A DNA stretch of 64,000 nt from Bacillota bacterium. GTDB lineage: Bacteria > Sysuimicrobiota > Sysuimicrobiia > Sysuimicrobiales > Segetimicrobiaceae. Below, piece by piece: positions 29,140 through 39,200 of this stretch. The stretch's first letter is position 1; each line of letters opens with the position of its first letter. The notes beneath the pieces are model-generated. The model was not told where the DNA came from, did not search any database, and worked only from the letters and a program-made list of their open reading frames with translations. The translations under genes and the position numbers were made by a program. Where the stretch lies: positions 5,020 through 69,019 of the forward strand of contig JAJPIA010000069.1 in assembly GCA_021324975.1 (NCBI GenBank), given 5' to 3'.

Positions 29140-29691
29140 TCACAACACTCGAAACGTGCTGAGGATCTGCACAATCAACGGCATGTCGCGGCGAACGGAA
29201 TCCGGGTCGTTCGTCGTGGATCCCGTGAGCACGAACCCCAACTGGGCAGACGTGAAGTACACCTGCAGCTGATACAGCGGCGGCAGGTTGTTCGGTTCCC
29301 ACGTAAAGTACCGGTAGTAGGCCGGACGGCCCGCAATCGTGGCGTCGCCCTGCTGGATCACCGTGTACCCGCGAAACGCAACCGCGACCAACTGCTCCGC
29401 GTGCGCGGCGTACGTGGCGGGCGCCATTGGCCCGGGGAGTGGTTCGACGACGACGTTGACCCGCGGACCGTGACCGCCCTCGGCGGGACCGGCCGCCAGC
29501 AGCGCGACCATGCCTTCGGGTTTCGTGGCGATCTGCCATGAAGAGGGAAATGCCATGGCAAACCGCCCGTGCGGGTCCGTCACGATCTGCGCCATCGCCG
29601 ACTGGGCCCACCCGATTCCGGTGCCGGTGCCGGCGGTTACGAGGCAAGCGACGACCACAAGCACCCATCGCACTCGCATGAACGGTTGCAT
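29140..29691 (-). CDS. Secreted protein, PsbP/DUF1795-like fold
   Basis: Internal start MQPFMRVRWVLVVVACLVTAG (signal peptide) within ORF 29140..29994. Confidence 0.45.
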   Translation of the reverse strand: MQPFMRVRWVLVVVACLVTAGTGTGIGWAQSAMAQIVTDPHGRFAMAFPSSWQIATKPEGMVALLAAGPAEGGHGPRVNVVVEPLPGPMAPATYAAHAEQLVAVAFRGYTVIQQGDATIAGRPAYYRYFTWEPNNLPPLYQLQVYFTSAQLGFVLTGSTTNDPDSVRRDMPLIVQILSTFRVL

Positions 29692-29970
29692 GCGTCCTCC
29701 CCCCGCCCCTCGATCGAGGGACCATCGACCCACGCCGGCCGCGGCCAAAAAGTCCGGGGCCGGCACCAACAAGCATGCCCAAATTCGGCGGTTCCGTGAC
29801 ACGCGCTCGGACGCGATTCGCCCTGTGACCCGTCCGTACGGGCCCGTCGTGACGAACGCATGGTCTCGGCGCAGAGCGAGATGTAGCGGATACGCCGCTC
29901 GGCGGCGGAGCAGGCGCGTCGCGGCAGGGCGTGGAATAGCATGCGCCAATCGAGGCCGGGGGGACGAGCG

Positions 29971-30393
29971 ATGGGCGAGCGAGCGCCGGTCCACGGTGAG
30001 CTGAGCATCAAGACACGGCGGCTCCAGACCGTGACCCTCATTGCCGTACAGGGAGAAGTCGATCTTGCGAATTTCCAGACCCTAGGGAGCGTCCTTGGCG
30101 CCGCGGTCGGCGGGGACTCTCCGGTACTTCTTGATCTGACGAAAGTCCGCTATATCGACAGCACCGGGTTGGGTTTGCTGCTGCGAATGCACGAAGACTG
30201 TCACGCCAAGCGCATTCCGTTCGTCGTAGCTGCTAACCCGTTGGTCCGCCGCATCTGCAATGTGCTGTCGCTTCAGACCGTGGTTCCGATCTTCGACCAT
30301 GTCCGCTCCGCCCGGGCGCATCTCGAGGCGGTGCAGGCGCGGCACGGCCAGGACTGGGCGGACGTGGACGCGTCATTGACCACCGAGGAGTAG
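29971..30393 (+). CDS. STAS-domain protein (anti-sigma-factor antagonist, SpoIIAA-like)
   Basis: STAS features (DLTKVRYIDSTGLGLLL), ~140 aa. Confidence 0.7.
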   Translation: MGERAPVHGELSIKTRRLQTVTLIAVQGEVDLANFQTLGSVLGAAVGGDSPVLLDLTKVRYIDSTGLGLLLRMHEDCHAKRIPFVVAANPLVRRICNVLSLQTVVPIFDHVRSARAHLEAVQARHGQDWADVDASLTTEE

Positions 30394-30744
30394 ACAGCCG
30401 CACGACGGCCAATCGTCCGGATCGCCGTTGTCGCCGATCCTTCCGGCCATGTACATGGGAAACTTCAGCGTCTGACGGCCGTCTTTGAGATACGTGGCCC
30501 AATCCTCCCTCAGCAGATGTGCGCGAATCCCGACCCGCGCCAGATCGTTGGCGATGGCGGTGCCGATGTCTTTGCCGTTCGGAAAGTACGGGCGGCTCAC
30601 CGGGATGTACCAGAAGTCGGTGGAGAAACCGTTGGGGTATCCGGCTTCGGCCAGGAGCTTCTTCGCGCCGGCCGGGTCGTACGGGTACGCCCGCACGGTA
30701 GGTGAGCGGCCCCACATCACGCGGACGGTGGCGGAGTCCTCCAT
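30373..30744 (-). pseudogene. Remnant of an ABC substrate-binding protein family 5 (DppA/OppA-like) gene, C-terminal region only
   Basis: 123-aa ORF matching the conserved C-terminal region of SBP_bac_5 (YDPAGAKKLLAEAGYPNGF ... MYMAGRIGDNGDPDDW) without the ~350-aa N-terminal portion. Confidence 0.5.
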
Positions 30745-30882
30745 TCCTCTTCAGTCGCGCTGACAGGACGAAGGGATTGCATTTGGTTCAGAGGAATAGC
30801 CCATCTTGCTTCGGGGTTTCTCCACTGTTTGATTTGCGTAGCAAGGTAATGGCTTCTCAGTCGCCGTCAAGGAGGGAGCAGC

Positions 30883-31146
30883 ATGAGTCTTCTCGCTTGG
30901 CTCGTCGTCGGGATCATAGCAGGATGGCTCGCGAGAATGGTCGTGCCGGGTGAAGGTCCCGGGGGTATCATTGGCGACTTGATTATCGGCATCGTTGGCG
31001 CGTTCATCGGCGGATTTATCTTTAGAACCTTTGGGCACACCGGTGTTACCGGTCTCAACATCGGCTCCATCATTGTTGCTTTCATTGGGGGCGTGATTCT
31101 GCTGTTGATTGTCCGCGCTGTGACGGGGAAACGAGCCAGGGCCTAA
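30883..31146 (+). CDS. GlsB/YeaQ/YmgE-family stress membrane protein (transglycosylase-associated protein)
   Basis: 87 aa, Gly-zipper TM pattern (MSLLAWLVVGIIAGWLARMVV...); AAGGAGGGAG SD; gene and flanks are lower GC than the surroundings. Confidence 0.85.
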   Translation: MSLLAWLVVGIIAGWLARMVVPGEGPGGIIGDLIIGIVGAFIGGFIFRTFGHTGVTGLNIGSIIVAFIGGVILLLIVRAVTGKRARA

Positions 31147-31528
31147 GCCTCGACGCTTCGCGCCTCATCAGAGGGTCCGCGCACCCGGCTCCTCTGCATT
31201 TACATTTGCGTTGGAACTAGTACACGGTTGCGGTATTTCGGCAAGGGTTGGAGCCGGACGGGCGTCGAACGCCCGCTGCGGCCAGGACCGCTCGGCCCCC
31301 CTCTACCTTCGTCGCACAGTAGCGACGAAACACTAGCGTACCCCGCGGGTGGCCCCCAAGTGTCGCCGCCCGTGCTGGGCTCGACCCGCTTATCGCCAAG
31401 CGTCGGTTCCGTGACGGCTATTGTGCTCCCGTCTTACACGAATAGCGCGTCAAGTCTCTAGCCCTCCACCTACGACTATCGGCGCGTTGTCACCCAAGAT
31501 GACGTCAATTGCGGCGTGCAACTCGTCG

Positions 31529-31557
31529 TTGACACGCGGGGCCGGCGTGCACATAAT
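31529..31557 (+). promoter_or_regulatory. Sigma70-like promoter: -35 TTGACA (31529-31534), 17-bp spacer, -10 CATAAT (31552-31557)
   Basis: Read in sequence; ~30 bp upstream of the giant-gene start (GTG 31587; SD GGGAGG 31572-31577). Confidence 0.5.
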
Positions 31558-31565
31558 GTGTGCAC
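31547..31565. promoter_or_regulatory. Perfect palindrome GTGCACA-taatg-TGTGCAC overlapping the -10 element (putative operator)
   Basis: Seen in sequence; 7-bp arms, 5-bp spacer, centred on the -10/TSS. Confidence 0.45.
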
Positions 31566-31586
31566 CGCGCAGGGAGGTTGAGACCA

Positions 31587-34500
31587 GTGGACGCAGCGGC
31601 GATCGCGGAGGCGCTCGACCAACTCACCGGATCGTGGGCGCCGGAGGGCGCGGCGACGGCAACGGACCTTGCTGAAGCGCGCCAGTACCTTGCGCGGGCG
31701 CTCGCAAGCGGCGTCGCCGCCGGCGCGCTGCACGCGGTTCCCGATCTTCGCACTCCGCCGCCGTCCGGGGCGCGCCCGCTCATCGACGCGATCGCGCAGC
31801 GCGTGCAACCCGAGCCCGCGCCGATGGTCGTGCCGTACCTTCGCCGCGCCACCGACATCGATCCCAGGATCGGGGCCGGCGCGGCGGGGATGGCGGTGTC
31901 GAAAACCCTGGGTCCGTTCGTCGACGGTTTCGGCGTCCCGCACTGGATCGATCTCATCCCGCTGCCCAGGAAGATCCCGATCTCGAGCGCGACACGCGGG
32001 ATCCTCGGCTACCTGATCACGACGGCCCAAACCGCGACCACGCTCGGGGCGGGGAGCGTGTGGGTGAGCGTGGGTGCGCTCAACGTTCCGGCGGCTCCCT
32101 CCGGAGCCGTCGGCGTGTCATTCTCCGGAGGCACCGTCAAGAAGACCGGCGCGGTCACCGCGTCCCCGAACGGCATCACCATCGCGGCCGGCGGCGCGCT
32201 GTCGCTCACGTTGACGCTCGCGCCGCCCGTGCCGCAGCCGGGCAATCCCGCTGTCGGCCGGGACGCGCGCCAGATGACGCTTGCGCTCCCGGCGCAGGTG
32301 GTCGTAGAGTTCACCGCGGCCGGCGCCGCGTTCGTGACGATCGCGCCGTCGTCTGCGACCGTCTACGGCGCCACGGTCGAGTTGAAGCGCAACGCGCTCA
32401 AGCCGCGTCTCGTCACTATCGGCCTGGACTGGGTGCTCTTCCCCTGCGACGTGTCGGCCGCCCAGTTTGCGTTCGCGTCCGTCCTCTCAACCGACGTCGT
32501 CCCGTCGGGCGCTGCTCCGATCAACGCGGGGGGATGGGCGCTCGCGATCACCACGGCGCAGGCCTCCCAACTCGGAAATGCATCGAGCGCGGGCAGCCTC
32601 GTCCTTGAGCTCGGCGGCGGGGTCACCCTGCAGTTCGGGGACCTCGCGTCGCCGCTTGGGCTGGCCCGCGCGACGCTCGGCCTGGCGCCGGGCGTTATCA
32701 CAATCGCCGCGACCACCGGTGGACGCGACGTCGTCGATCCGCTGGTGCTGTGGGACCCCGCCCCGACGCCGCCGTCGGTGCTGCCCGCCCCGGCGAGGCA
32801 CCCCTCGCAGATCGACTTCCGAATCCCGCGCGGCGGAGCGGTGTTTGCGGTCGAGACGACGACCCAAGAAGTCGCCGCGGCGTTCGGCAGCGCGCGCGTG
32901 AGCGTCGACCGCCCGCTTGGCGCCGACGGAAGTCGCCTCGGGATCGCGTTCGGCTCGGCGGCGCTCGCGTTTATCCGCACCGCGGCAGCAAGGCGCGCCT
33001 ACGCGGTGATGTCGCAGGCCACGGCCGGCGGGCGCGTCGCGATCGCGCTGGAGAACGGCTTAGTGCAGGCGAGCCCTCCGCAGGCGGGTGTCATGAGCGC
33101 GACGTACTCGGGCACGCGGCTCGCGGGCACGCTGGCCCTGACGTTTACTGATCCGCAGCTGCTTCCGACCCTGCCCGACCCGTACGCGGCCGCGAACGCG
33201 GCGCCGGTGCCTCTTCCCGCAAGTCTCTTTTCCGTGGCCTCATGGACGCTCACGCCGGGCGCGGCGCTGCGCTTCTTGATCGGCTCGGCGTCACAGGCCC
33301 AAGTGACGGCGGCAACCGGCGTGGCACCCGTCCCCGCGGACGCAGCAAGGCGGGCGGGCGGGCTCGCGTCGGGCACCACGCTTCTCGATCTCTCGAGCAA
33401 CGCCGATCAGTTCGGCCTGAGCCTCGGCCCCGCCAGAGAGGCGGCGAGCGTGGCCGCGATCGACAAGATGGCGGTGACGATGCCGCTGGGCCAGCTCACT
33501 GTCTACGCGCTCCCCGGGATCTCGTGGGAGCCCGTGGTGGACCAGACCACGAACGACTGGCTGGACGCGCCGTCGTCCAACGACGGCCCCCCGGTCGGGC
33601 TGCGCGCGTTTCCGACGAGCGTCACCCTGGTGCGCACCGAGCCCGCGGCGCTCCTGCCGGCGTTTGCGCAGGCGAACGGAGCCTACACATTCGGGCAGTT
33701 CACGCTCCCGTTCGGCCTCATCGCGTCCCTCTACACAAACCCGAACACGCCGCAGGCGAAGCGTCCCTCCTACGCGCTCATCAAGGCGAGCTACCCGAGC
33801 GGCCTCGACGCCTCGCGCCAGCTCTCGATCCGTGCGACCGGGACGATCGCAGTGGGCGATCCGGCGCTGCCCGGGAGCACCACGACCGGCTCGCCGCTCC
33901 CGGTGCCGCTCACCAGCACGGTGTACGGCGTGCTGACGCTCGGAAACGATCCGCTGGGCGCCGCGCAGTTCTTCGATCAGCAGTTCTCCGCGTCCGGCGT
34001 GTACCCGCAGATCCCGGTCACGCGCATCGACATCTCGGGCTACGGCACGAGCATGTTCTCCGACTGGAAGAACGACGACTTCGGCACGAGCGACCCCGTC
34101 CACGGGATCGTCGGGGTCGTGCGGGCGCGGTTCGACGTGCTCGTGGGGCGCACGTCGTACGAGCTCGTGCAGATCGCCACGGTCATCGCGCCGTGGTGCA
34201 TCCGGATCACGCGCACCATCATCTTCGATCGGTACGACAGCGGGCTCGTGGTCCGGCACGACACGGGCTGGAAGGCGGTCGGGAACGGCGAGTTCGCCCT
34301 GCTCGGGGTGGATCAGCGCCTCCTCGGGGCCATCGTCCGCCTGGAGAACATCCACAACATCGCGGTGGGCACGGGCCCGGCGATCTCGTTCACCTCGCCG
34401 GACGTGCACGAGCCCGTCCCTCCGTCCGAGACGCCTCCGTCGCAACCCACGCCGCTCAGGCAGATCGAGTTCGTCCCCGTCACATTCGACGCGGACGTCG

Positions 34501-36224
34501 TGATGAGCCCGGCAGTCACGGCCTCGACGAACGGCAGCGTCGCGCCCGCGGTCGCCGCGACGCAGATCACCGGCTACGCGCAACGGACCGTCGGCCAGGT
34601 CGCAAGCGCCCTCGAGATTCTCGGGTTGATGCAACGCCTCCCGGACGGCGTGGCGGGCTCGCTCGGCTGCATCGTCAACGTCGGACCGGCGCCGTCTGCG
34701 GGGACGCCCAGATTCACGCTGAACGTCTCGGCCCTCTCGGTCAAGGTCACGAGCGCCAACGTGGCCGGCCAGGGGTATCCGGCGCTCGCCGTCGCGCTGC
34801 ACGGGGCGCCGCGCCTGCCGCGCGACGGCGCCTGGAGCATCACGCGCCGGGGCAAGACCGATGTGGCGCCCACTGCCGTCGACCCGACGTTTCCGCTGCC
34901 GCTCATCCTCGGCACGAACAACGACAACAACCCGCAGTGGCGGCTCCTCGACCCGAGCGACGCGCTCTCCGTGCGCGGCCCTGCCACCGTCTTCGGATTG
35001 ATCCAGGGTACCGGCACTTCGAAGAGCCTGTTCGAGAACCCGGTCGTGACCACGGCCGGCCAGGCGCTGTCGCTCGACCCCGCGGACGGCGTGCCGGCCC
35101 CGAATCTCGCCGACATCGGCGCCCTGCTCGGCGCGGTCGATATCTTCCCGAACCTGGGGAACGTCCTCCGGATCCCGACCGGCGCCGGAGACGTGCTGAC
35201 GCTGGCGCAGGACGGCTTCGCGAGGACGTTCGCGTGGCGGATCGAGCAGTCCCCGAACACGCCGATCGCCGATCAGCAACTGCTCGACCTCGGCGTCGTG
35301 AGCCTCGTCCTCCAGTATCACGGTCCGGACCCGGCCGGACACGACGCCGTCACGCAGGCGACCTTGACCATCGACGCCACGGCCGCGCCCGGGTCGCCCC
35401 GGTGGGCAGTCCAGCTGCAGTACCTGAGCTTTGCGGTGCTCGTCGCGGGGTTCGGTCCGGACCCGCTGCTCACGATCCACGGCGACTTCTCCGCGAGCGA
35501 GACGAAGAAGGCCGGATTCGACAACATCGCGGTCGCGTACGGCAGCGCGCTGTCGCCCGTCACGAACATCATCAGCGGACTGACCACCCTGGTCGAGGCC
35601 TTCGGGGGCGCCGTCGATCTCGACGTGGGCTTTTCCGACAACAAGCTCACGGTCCACGACGGGTTTGCGCTGCCCACGCTGCCGCTCGGGCTTGGCCAGG
35701 TCGAGGACATCGCCATCGACCTCGGGGTGTCCATCACCATCCCGACGGACGCGAGCTTCAGCGTCGGGCTCGGGAGTCAGGACAAGCCGTTCACGTGGAT
35801 CGTGGACCCGCTCGCCGGGACCGGCGCGATCGTGCTCGGGACGACCGGCGGAAATCTGGGCGTCTACATCGAGGCGGGAATCGGCGCGGCGCTGGCGATC
35901 GACCTCGCGGTCGCATCGGGCAGCGCGTCGATCGTGCTCGAGCTGAGCATCTCGACCAACGTCAGCCCGCTCGCGCTGACGGCGGCGCTGGTCGGTAACG
36001 CGAGCGTCGACGTGCTCGACGGGCTGGCGAGCGCGTCGCTGACGCTCGCGGCGGCGATCACGATCGTGCCGCTCGGGATCGCGCCGGATCACCCGCTTCC
36101 GAACGCGGTCGAGTTCACGGGCGCGGCCGCGGTGGGCATCCACATCAGCATCGCCTGGGTCGTCAGCGTGGACTTCGACGGCTCGTGGGCGCTCACCGAG
36201 ACGTTTCCGCTGCATCTGCCATGA
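31587..36224 (+). CDS. Giant hypothetical protein (~1545 aa), Ala/Gly/Val/Leu/Thr/Pro-rich, no recognisable motif, no signal peptide
   Basis: GTG start 9 nt after GGGAGG; continuous ORF; codon pattern typical of the host (G-rich position 1, GC3 high); first of a two-gene operon. Confidence 0.7.
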   Translation: MDAAAIAEALDQLTGSWAPEGAATATDLAEARQYLARALASGVAAGALHAVPDLRTPPPSGARPLIDAIAQRVQPEPAPMVVPYLRRATDIDPRIGAGAAGMAVSKTLGPFVDGFGVPHWIDLIPLPRKIPISSATRGILGYLITTAQTATTLGAGSVWVSVGALNVPAAPSGAVGVSFSGGTVKKTGAVTASPNGITIAAGGALSLTLTLAPPVPQPGNPAVGRDARQMTLALPAQVVVEFTAAGAAFVTIAPSSATVYGATVELKRNALKPRLVTIGLDWVLFPCDVSAAQFAFASVLSTDVVPSGAAPINAGGWALAITTAQASQLGNASSAGSLVLELGGGVTLQFGDLASPLGLARATLGLAPGVITIAATTGGRDVVDPLVLWDPAPTPPSVLPAPARHPSQIDFRIPRGGAVFAVETTTQEVAAAFGSARVSVDRPLGADGSRLGIAFGSAALAFIRTAAARRAYAVMSQATAGGRVAIALENGLVQASPPQAGVMSATYSGTRLAGTLALTFTDPQLLPTLPDPYAAANAAPVPLPASLFSVASWTLTPGAALRFLIGSASQAQVTAATGVAPVPADAARRAGGLASGTTLLDLSSNADQFGLSLGPAREAASVAAIDKMAVTMPLGQLTVYALPGISWEPVVDQTTNDWLDAPSSNDGPPVGLRAFPTSVTLVRTEPAALLPAFAQANGAYTFGQFTLPFGLIASLYTNPNTPQAKRPSYALIKASYPSGLDASRQLSIRATGTIAVGDPALPGSTTTGSPLPVPLTSTVYGVLTLGNDPLGAAQFFDQQFSASGVYPQIPVTRIDISGYGTSMFSDWKNDDFGTSDPVHGIVGVVRARFDVLVGRTSYELVQIATVIAPWCIRITRTIIFDRYDSGLVVRHDTGWKAVGNGEFALLGVDQRLLGAIVRLENIHNIAVGTGPAISFTSPDVHEPVPPSETPPSQPTPLRQIEFVPVTFDADVVMSPAVTASTNGSVAPAVAATQITGYAQRTVGQVASALEILGLMQRLPDGVAGSLGCIVNVGPAPSAGTPRFTLNVSALSVKVTSANVAGQGYPALAVALHGAPRLPRDGAWSITRRGKTDVAPTAVDPTFPLPLILGTNNDNNPQWRLLDPSDALSVRGPATVFGLIQGTGTSKSLFENPVVTTAGQALSLDPADGVPAPNLADIGALLGAVDIFPNLGNVLRIPTGAGDVLTLAQDGFARTFAWRIEQSPNTPIADQQLLDLGVVSLVLQYHGPDPAGHDAVTQATLTIDATAAPGSPRWAVQLQYLSFAVLVAGFGPDPLLTIHGDFSASETKKAGFDNIAVAYGSALSPVTNIISGLTTLVEAFGGAVDLDVGFSDNKLTVHDGFALPTLPLGLGQVEDIAIDLGVSITIPTDASFSVGLGSQDKPFTWIVDPLAGTGAIVLGTTGGNLGVYIEAGIGAALAIDLAVASGSASIVLELSISTNVSPLALTAALVGNASVDVLDGLASASLTLAAAITIVPLGIAPDHPLPNAVEFTGAAAVGIHISIAWVVSVDFDGSWALTETFPLHLP

Positions 36225-36290
36225 GAGCGCAACACATACTGGTCCACACCGTAGGCCGCGAATTCCTGGGGTGGCGTGGGAGGGAGCACG

Positions 36291-39200
36291 GTGGCCGATA
36301 ACCTGCGTCTCGTGGTCATGACGTTCCCGCAGCGCTGGGATCCGTCCGCCGCCACGCTCAGCGTCAACGCGCTCCTGGTACCCGCCGTCAGTCCGATCGA
36401 CGACCCGCTCGTCGGCAGCGCCCTCAAGTTCGCCGATCACGTCCCCGACCTGCGCGCGGTCGTGATCGGCAGCCTCGACGTCACGCCGAAGAGCACCGAT
36501 CCGACCGCCGCGCGCATCGTGCCGGTGATCGTCAACCCGCAGCCCGCGGCGGCGCCGCGTCCCGGCTACAACAAACTCATCGCCCAGGCGCAGGCCGGCG
36601 CGGTCACGATCTCGGGCAGCGGCGCCCTCGCCGGGCCGGCGTCCTCGACGATCCGAAAGGCGCTGCCGCAGTCGTACCTCGATGCCGCCGGCGCCGCGCC
36701 GGGCGGCGCCACGGCGACAACCGACGAGTTCGGCTGCGCGATCCGCGGACAGACCGGCTATACGGCCCAGCCGCCGGCGCGGACGACCGGGTGGGGACCG
36801 ATCCTCTCGTACGCGCTCAGGCAGCCCGTCCTTGCCACCGCCCTCGGCCTCCGCTACGAGCTGCAGGTCAAGCTCGCGGACCCGGCCGTGTTCGCGGGCG
36901 GCGGGTGGCTGTTCATCGAGATCGCCGCGGGCGACCCCTGGGCCCAGGCGGCGACCCCCGGGCAGATCCGCCTTTACGCCGGACGGCTGCCGGCACTGGG
37001 CGCGGCCGCACGGCAGTTGTTCGCCGCGGTGCTCTTCCCGGTCGACGCCGTCGGCGCGATCGACGACGCGGCGTTCGGCGTGGCGGAAACCTACGACGAC
37101 GGCTTCGCCAAGATCGTCCACCTGTACCAGCCGCAGGCCAACGACGCCGTGATTGGTGACAACGCCGGCATCCCGGCCGCGACCGACGCGGGGGTGCAGA
37201 TCGGCTGGGACGACGAGCAGGTCGTCGCCTGGCAGAACGGCCAGATCCAGATCATGAACGACCGGTTCGCCGGCAAGCTCGACGCGCAGACGCCGCTCGG
37301 GGTGCTCGGATACCGGGTCGATGTCGCCGACGTCACGGCGAACCCGTCGACGCCGGCGTGGCACTCGCTCGTCCCCGCGGATGTCGAGCTGCCGCAGGGC
37401 TTCGGGCACTTCACCGGCGAGCTCGCGATCGAGCCGACCGCGCTGAGACCCCAGGACCCGTCCAACCCGTCGGCCGTGAGCGGGGACGCGTGGCTCCCCC
37501 GCTACTTCGCCAACTGGCGGGGGGGCTCGCTCGTCGTGGCCGATCCGGTGCCAAAGGCGATGCTCGACGCCGCGCCGATCACCGCCACCCCGGATCCGGT
37601 CGGCGTGTTGCTCGCCTACGGACGCAGCTACGCGTTCCGCGTGCGTCTGGCCGACCTGACGAACGGGGGTCCCGCCGCCGACGACCACGCGATCAACGCC
37701 GGGCAGGCCGGCGTGGCGAGCCTCGATTTTCTTCGCTGGGTGCCGCCGAAGAAGCCGGGGATCCGGCGCGACATCCCGAGCGGGGCGACGATCCCCGAGG
37801 CATTGACGTTCATGCGGCCGCTCATCGGGTATCCAGAGGCGCTCTACACCGCGCTCGGCGACACGGACACGCATCGCGGCCAGATCGTCGAGTACTTCAC
37901 CAAGAACGCGCACCCGGGAAGCGGCGTCGTGGTGGGCCTGCCGGATCCGGACGTGGACACGCTCGAGATCACGATTGAGGTGCGGACGCCGCTGCACGAC
38001 GTGGCGGGAGACGGCGTGCTCGACACGCCGTTCCGCGAGCTGTATCGCGCGACGCGTCCGTTTCCGGCGCTGCCGTCCGGTCCGCTCCCGGCGGATCCCG
38101 GCCTTCGCGTCGACCTGGCGTATGTCGACGCGGCGTCGATCGTCGACTGGGCGCCGTCACAGCCGGCGACCGGGCCGCTCGTCCTGCCGCGGGCGCGGGA
38201 CGTGCGCATCACCGCGCGCGCGATCGGGCGAAACGATCCAAGCTACTTCGCTCCGCAGGCCGCGACCGGGCTGCCGGCGTCGCTCATCCTGCGCGCCGAG
38301 GCCCGGCAGGAACCTTCGCTCCTCGTGAGTCCGGTCGACGGCAGTTCACCCCTGCGCGGGATCCTGTTCAAGCGGCCGCCGGGCGTCGACGCGCCGCCCG
38401 TCGCGGCCCAGCTGGCGGAGGAGCTCGGCCTCATCGCCGACGGCCTCACGCTGGCCGCGCCTCCGGGACGCCGCGTCGTGTTCGGCGCCTCCAAGGCGCT
38501 GCGCCACGCGTTGCCCGGCGACAACTCGACGATCACGTTTGCCGCGGAGAGCGAGCTGCTGCGGTATTGGGTCGCCGTGCTCGTCGTCGATCTCGAGCGC
38601 GACTGGACGTGGGACGGTCTCGCGAACAACAGCACCGTCACCGTGGAACGCGACGGGACCACGGTCGGCAGCCTGCGCGTCGCGCGCACGCTCGGAGCCG
38701 CCGCGGTCGCCGATCCCGCGAACTGGGACCGGCGGCGGACGCGGCTCGTGTTCTTCGACGCGGTGGACCCGCACGAGCAGACGTCGAGCGGGTTTCCCGA
38801 GGCGCTCACGCACACGTGGACGCTCTCGGCCGCCATCGTGACGGAGACCGGGCCGCAGGTCGGCGTCTCCGGATCCCCCGCGCTGAAGCCGGGGGCCGTT
38901 CCCGAGCCCGCGGCGGCCGACCTGAACAACGCCGGCCAGACCGTGACGCTCCCGATCGCGGTCCCACCGGCGCAGATCCCCTCGATCGCCTCGGTCGGGC
39001 TGGCGCTCTCGCCGTTCGAGGCCGGCCCGGGATACGCGACCACGGCGCCGCGAGCCCGCGCGCTCTGGGTGGAGCTCGCGGCGCCGGTGGCGAACGCCGC
39101 GGGAGACGCCCTGTTCGCGCGAGTGCTCGGGCACGGCGCCGATCCCCTCCTGTACGACGCGCAGCCGAGGACCGAAGAGAGCGCGGAGCCGCCGCTCACC

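Noticed and set aside
33291-37997. 1568-aa minus-strand ORF spanning both giant genes
   Set aside because: It is antisense to the two plus-strand giant ORFs and shares their wobble positions, which explains the absence of stops. Its composition is dominated by Arg/Gly/Asp/Pro/Ala (typical high-GC antisense artefact). It also runs across the intergenic SD/start region of the second giant gene.
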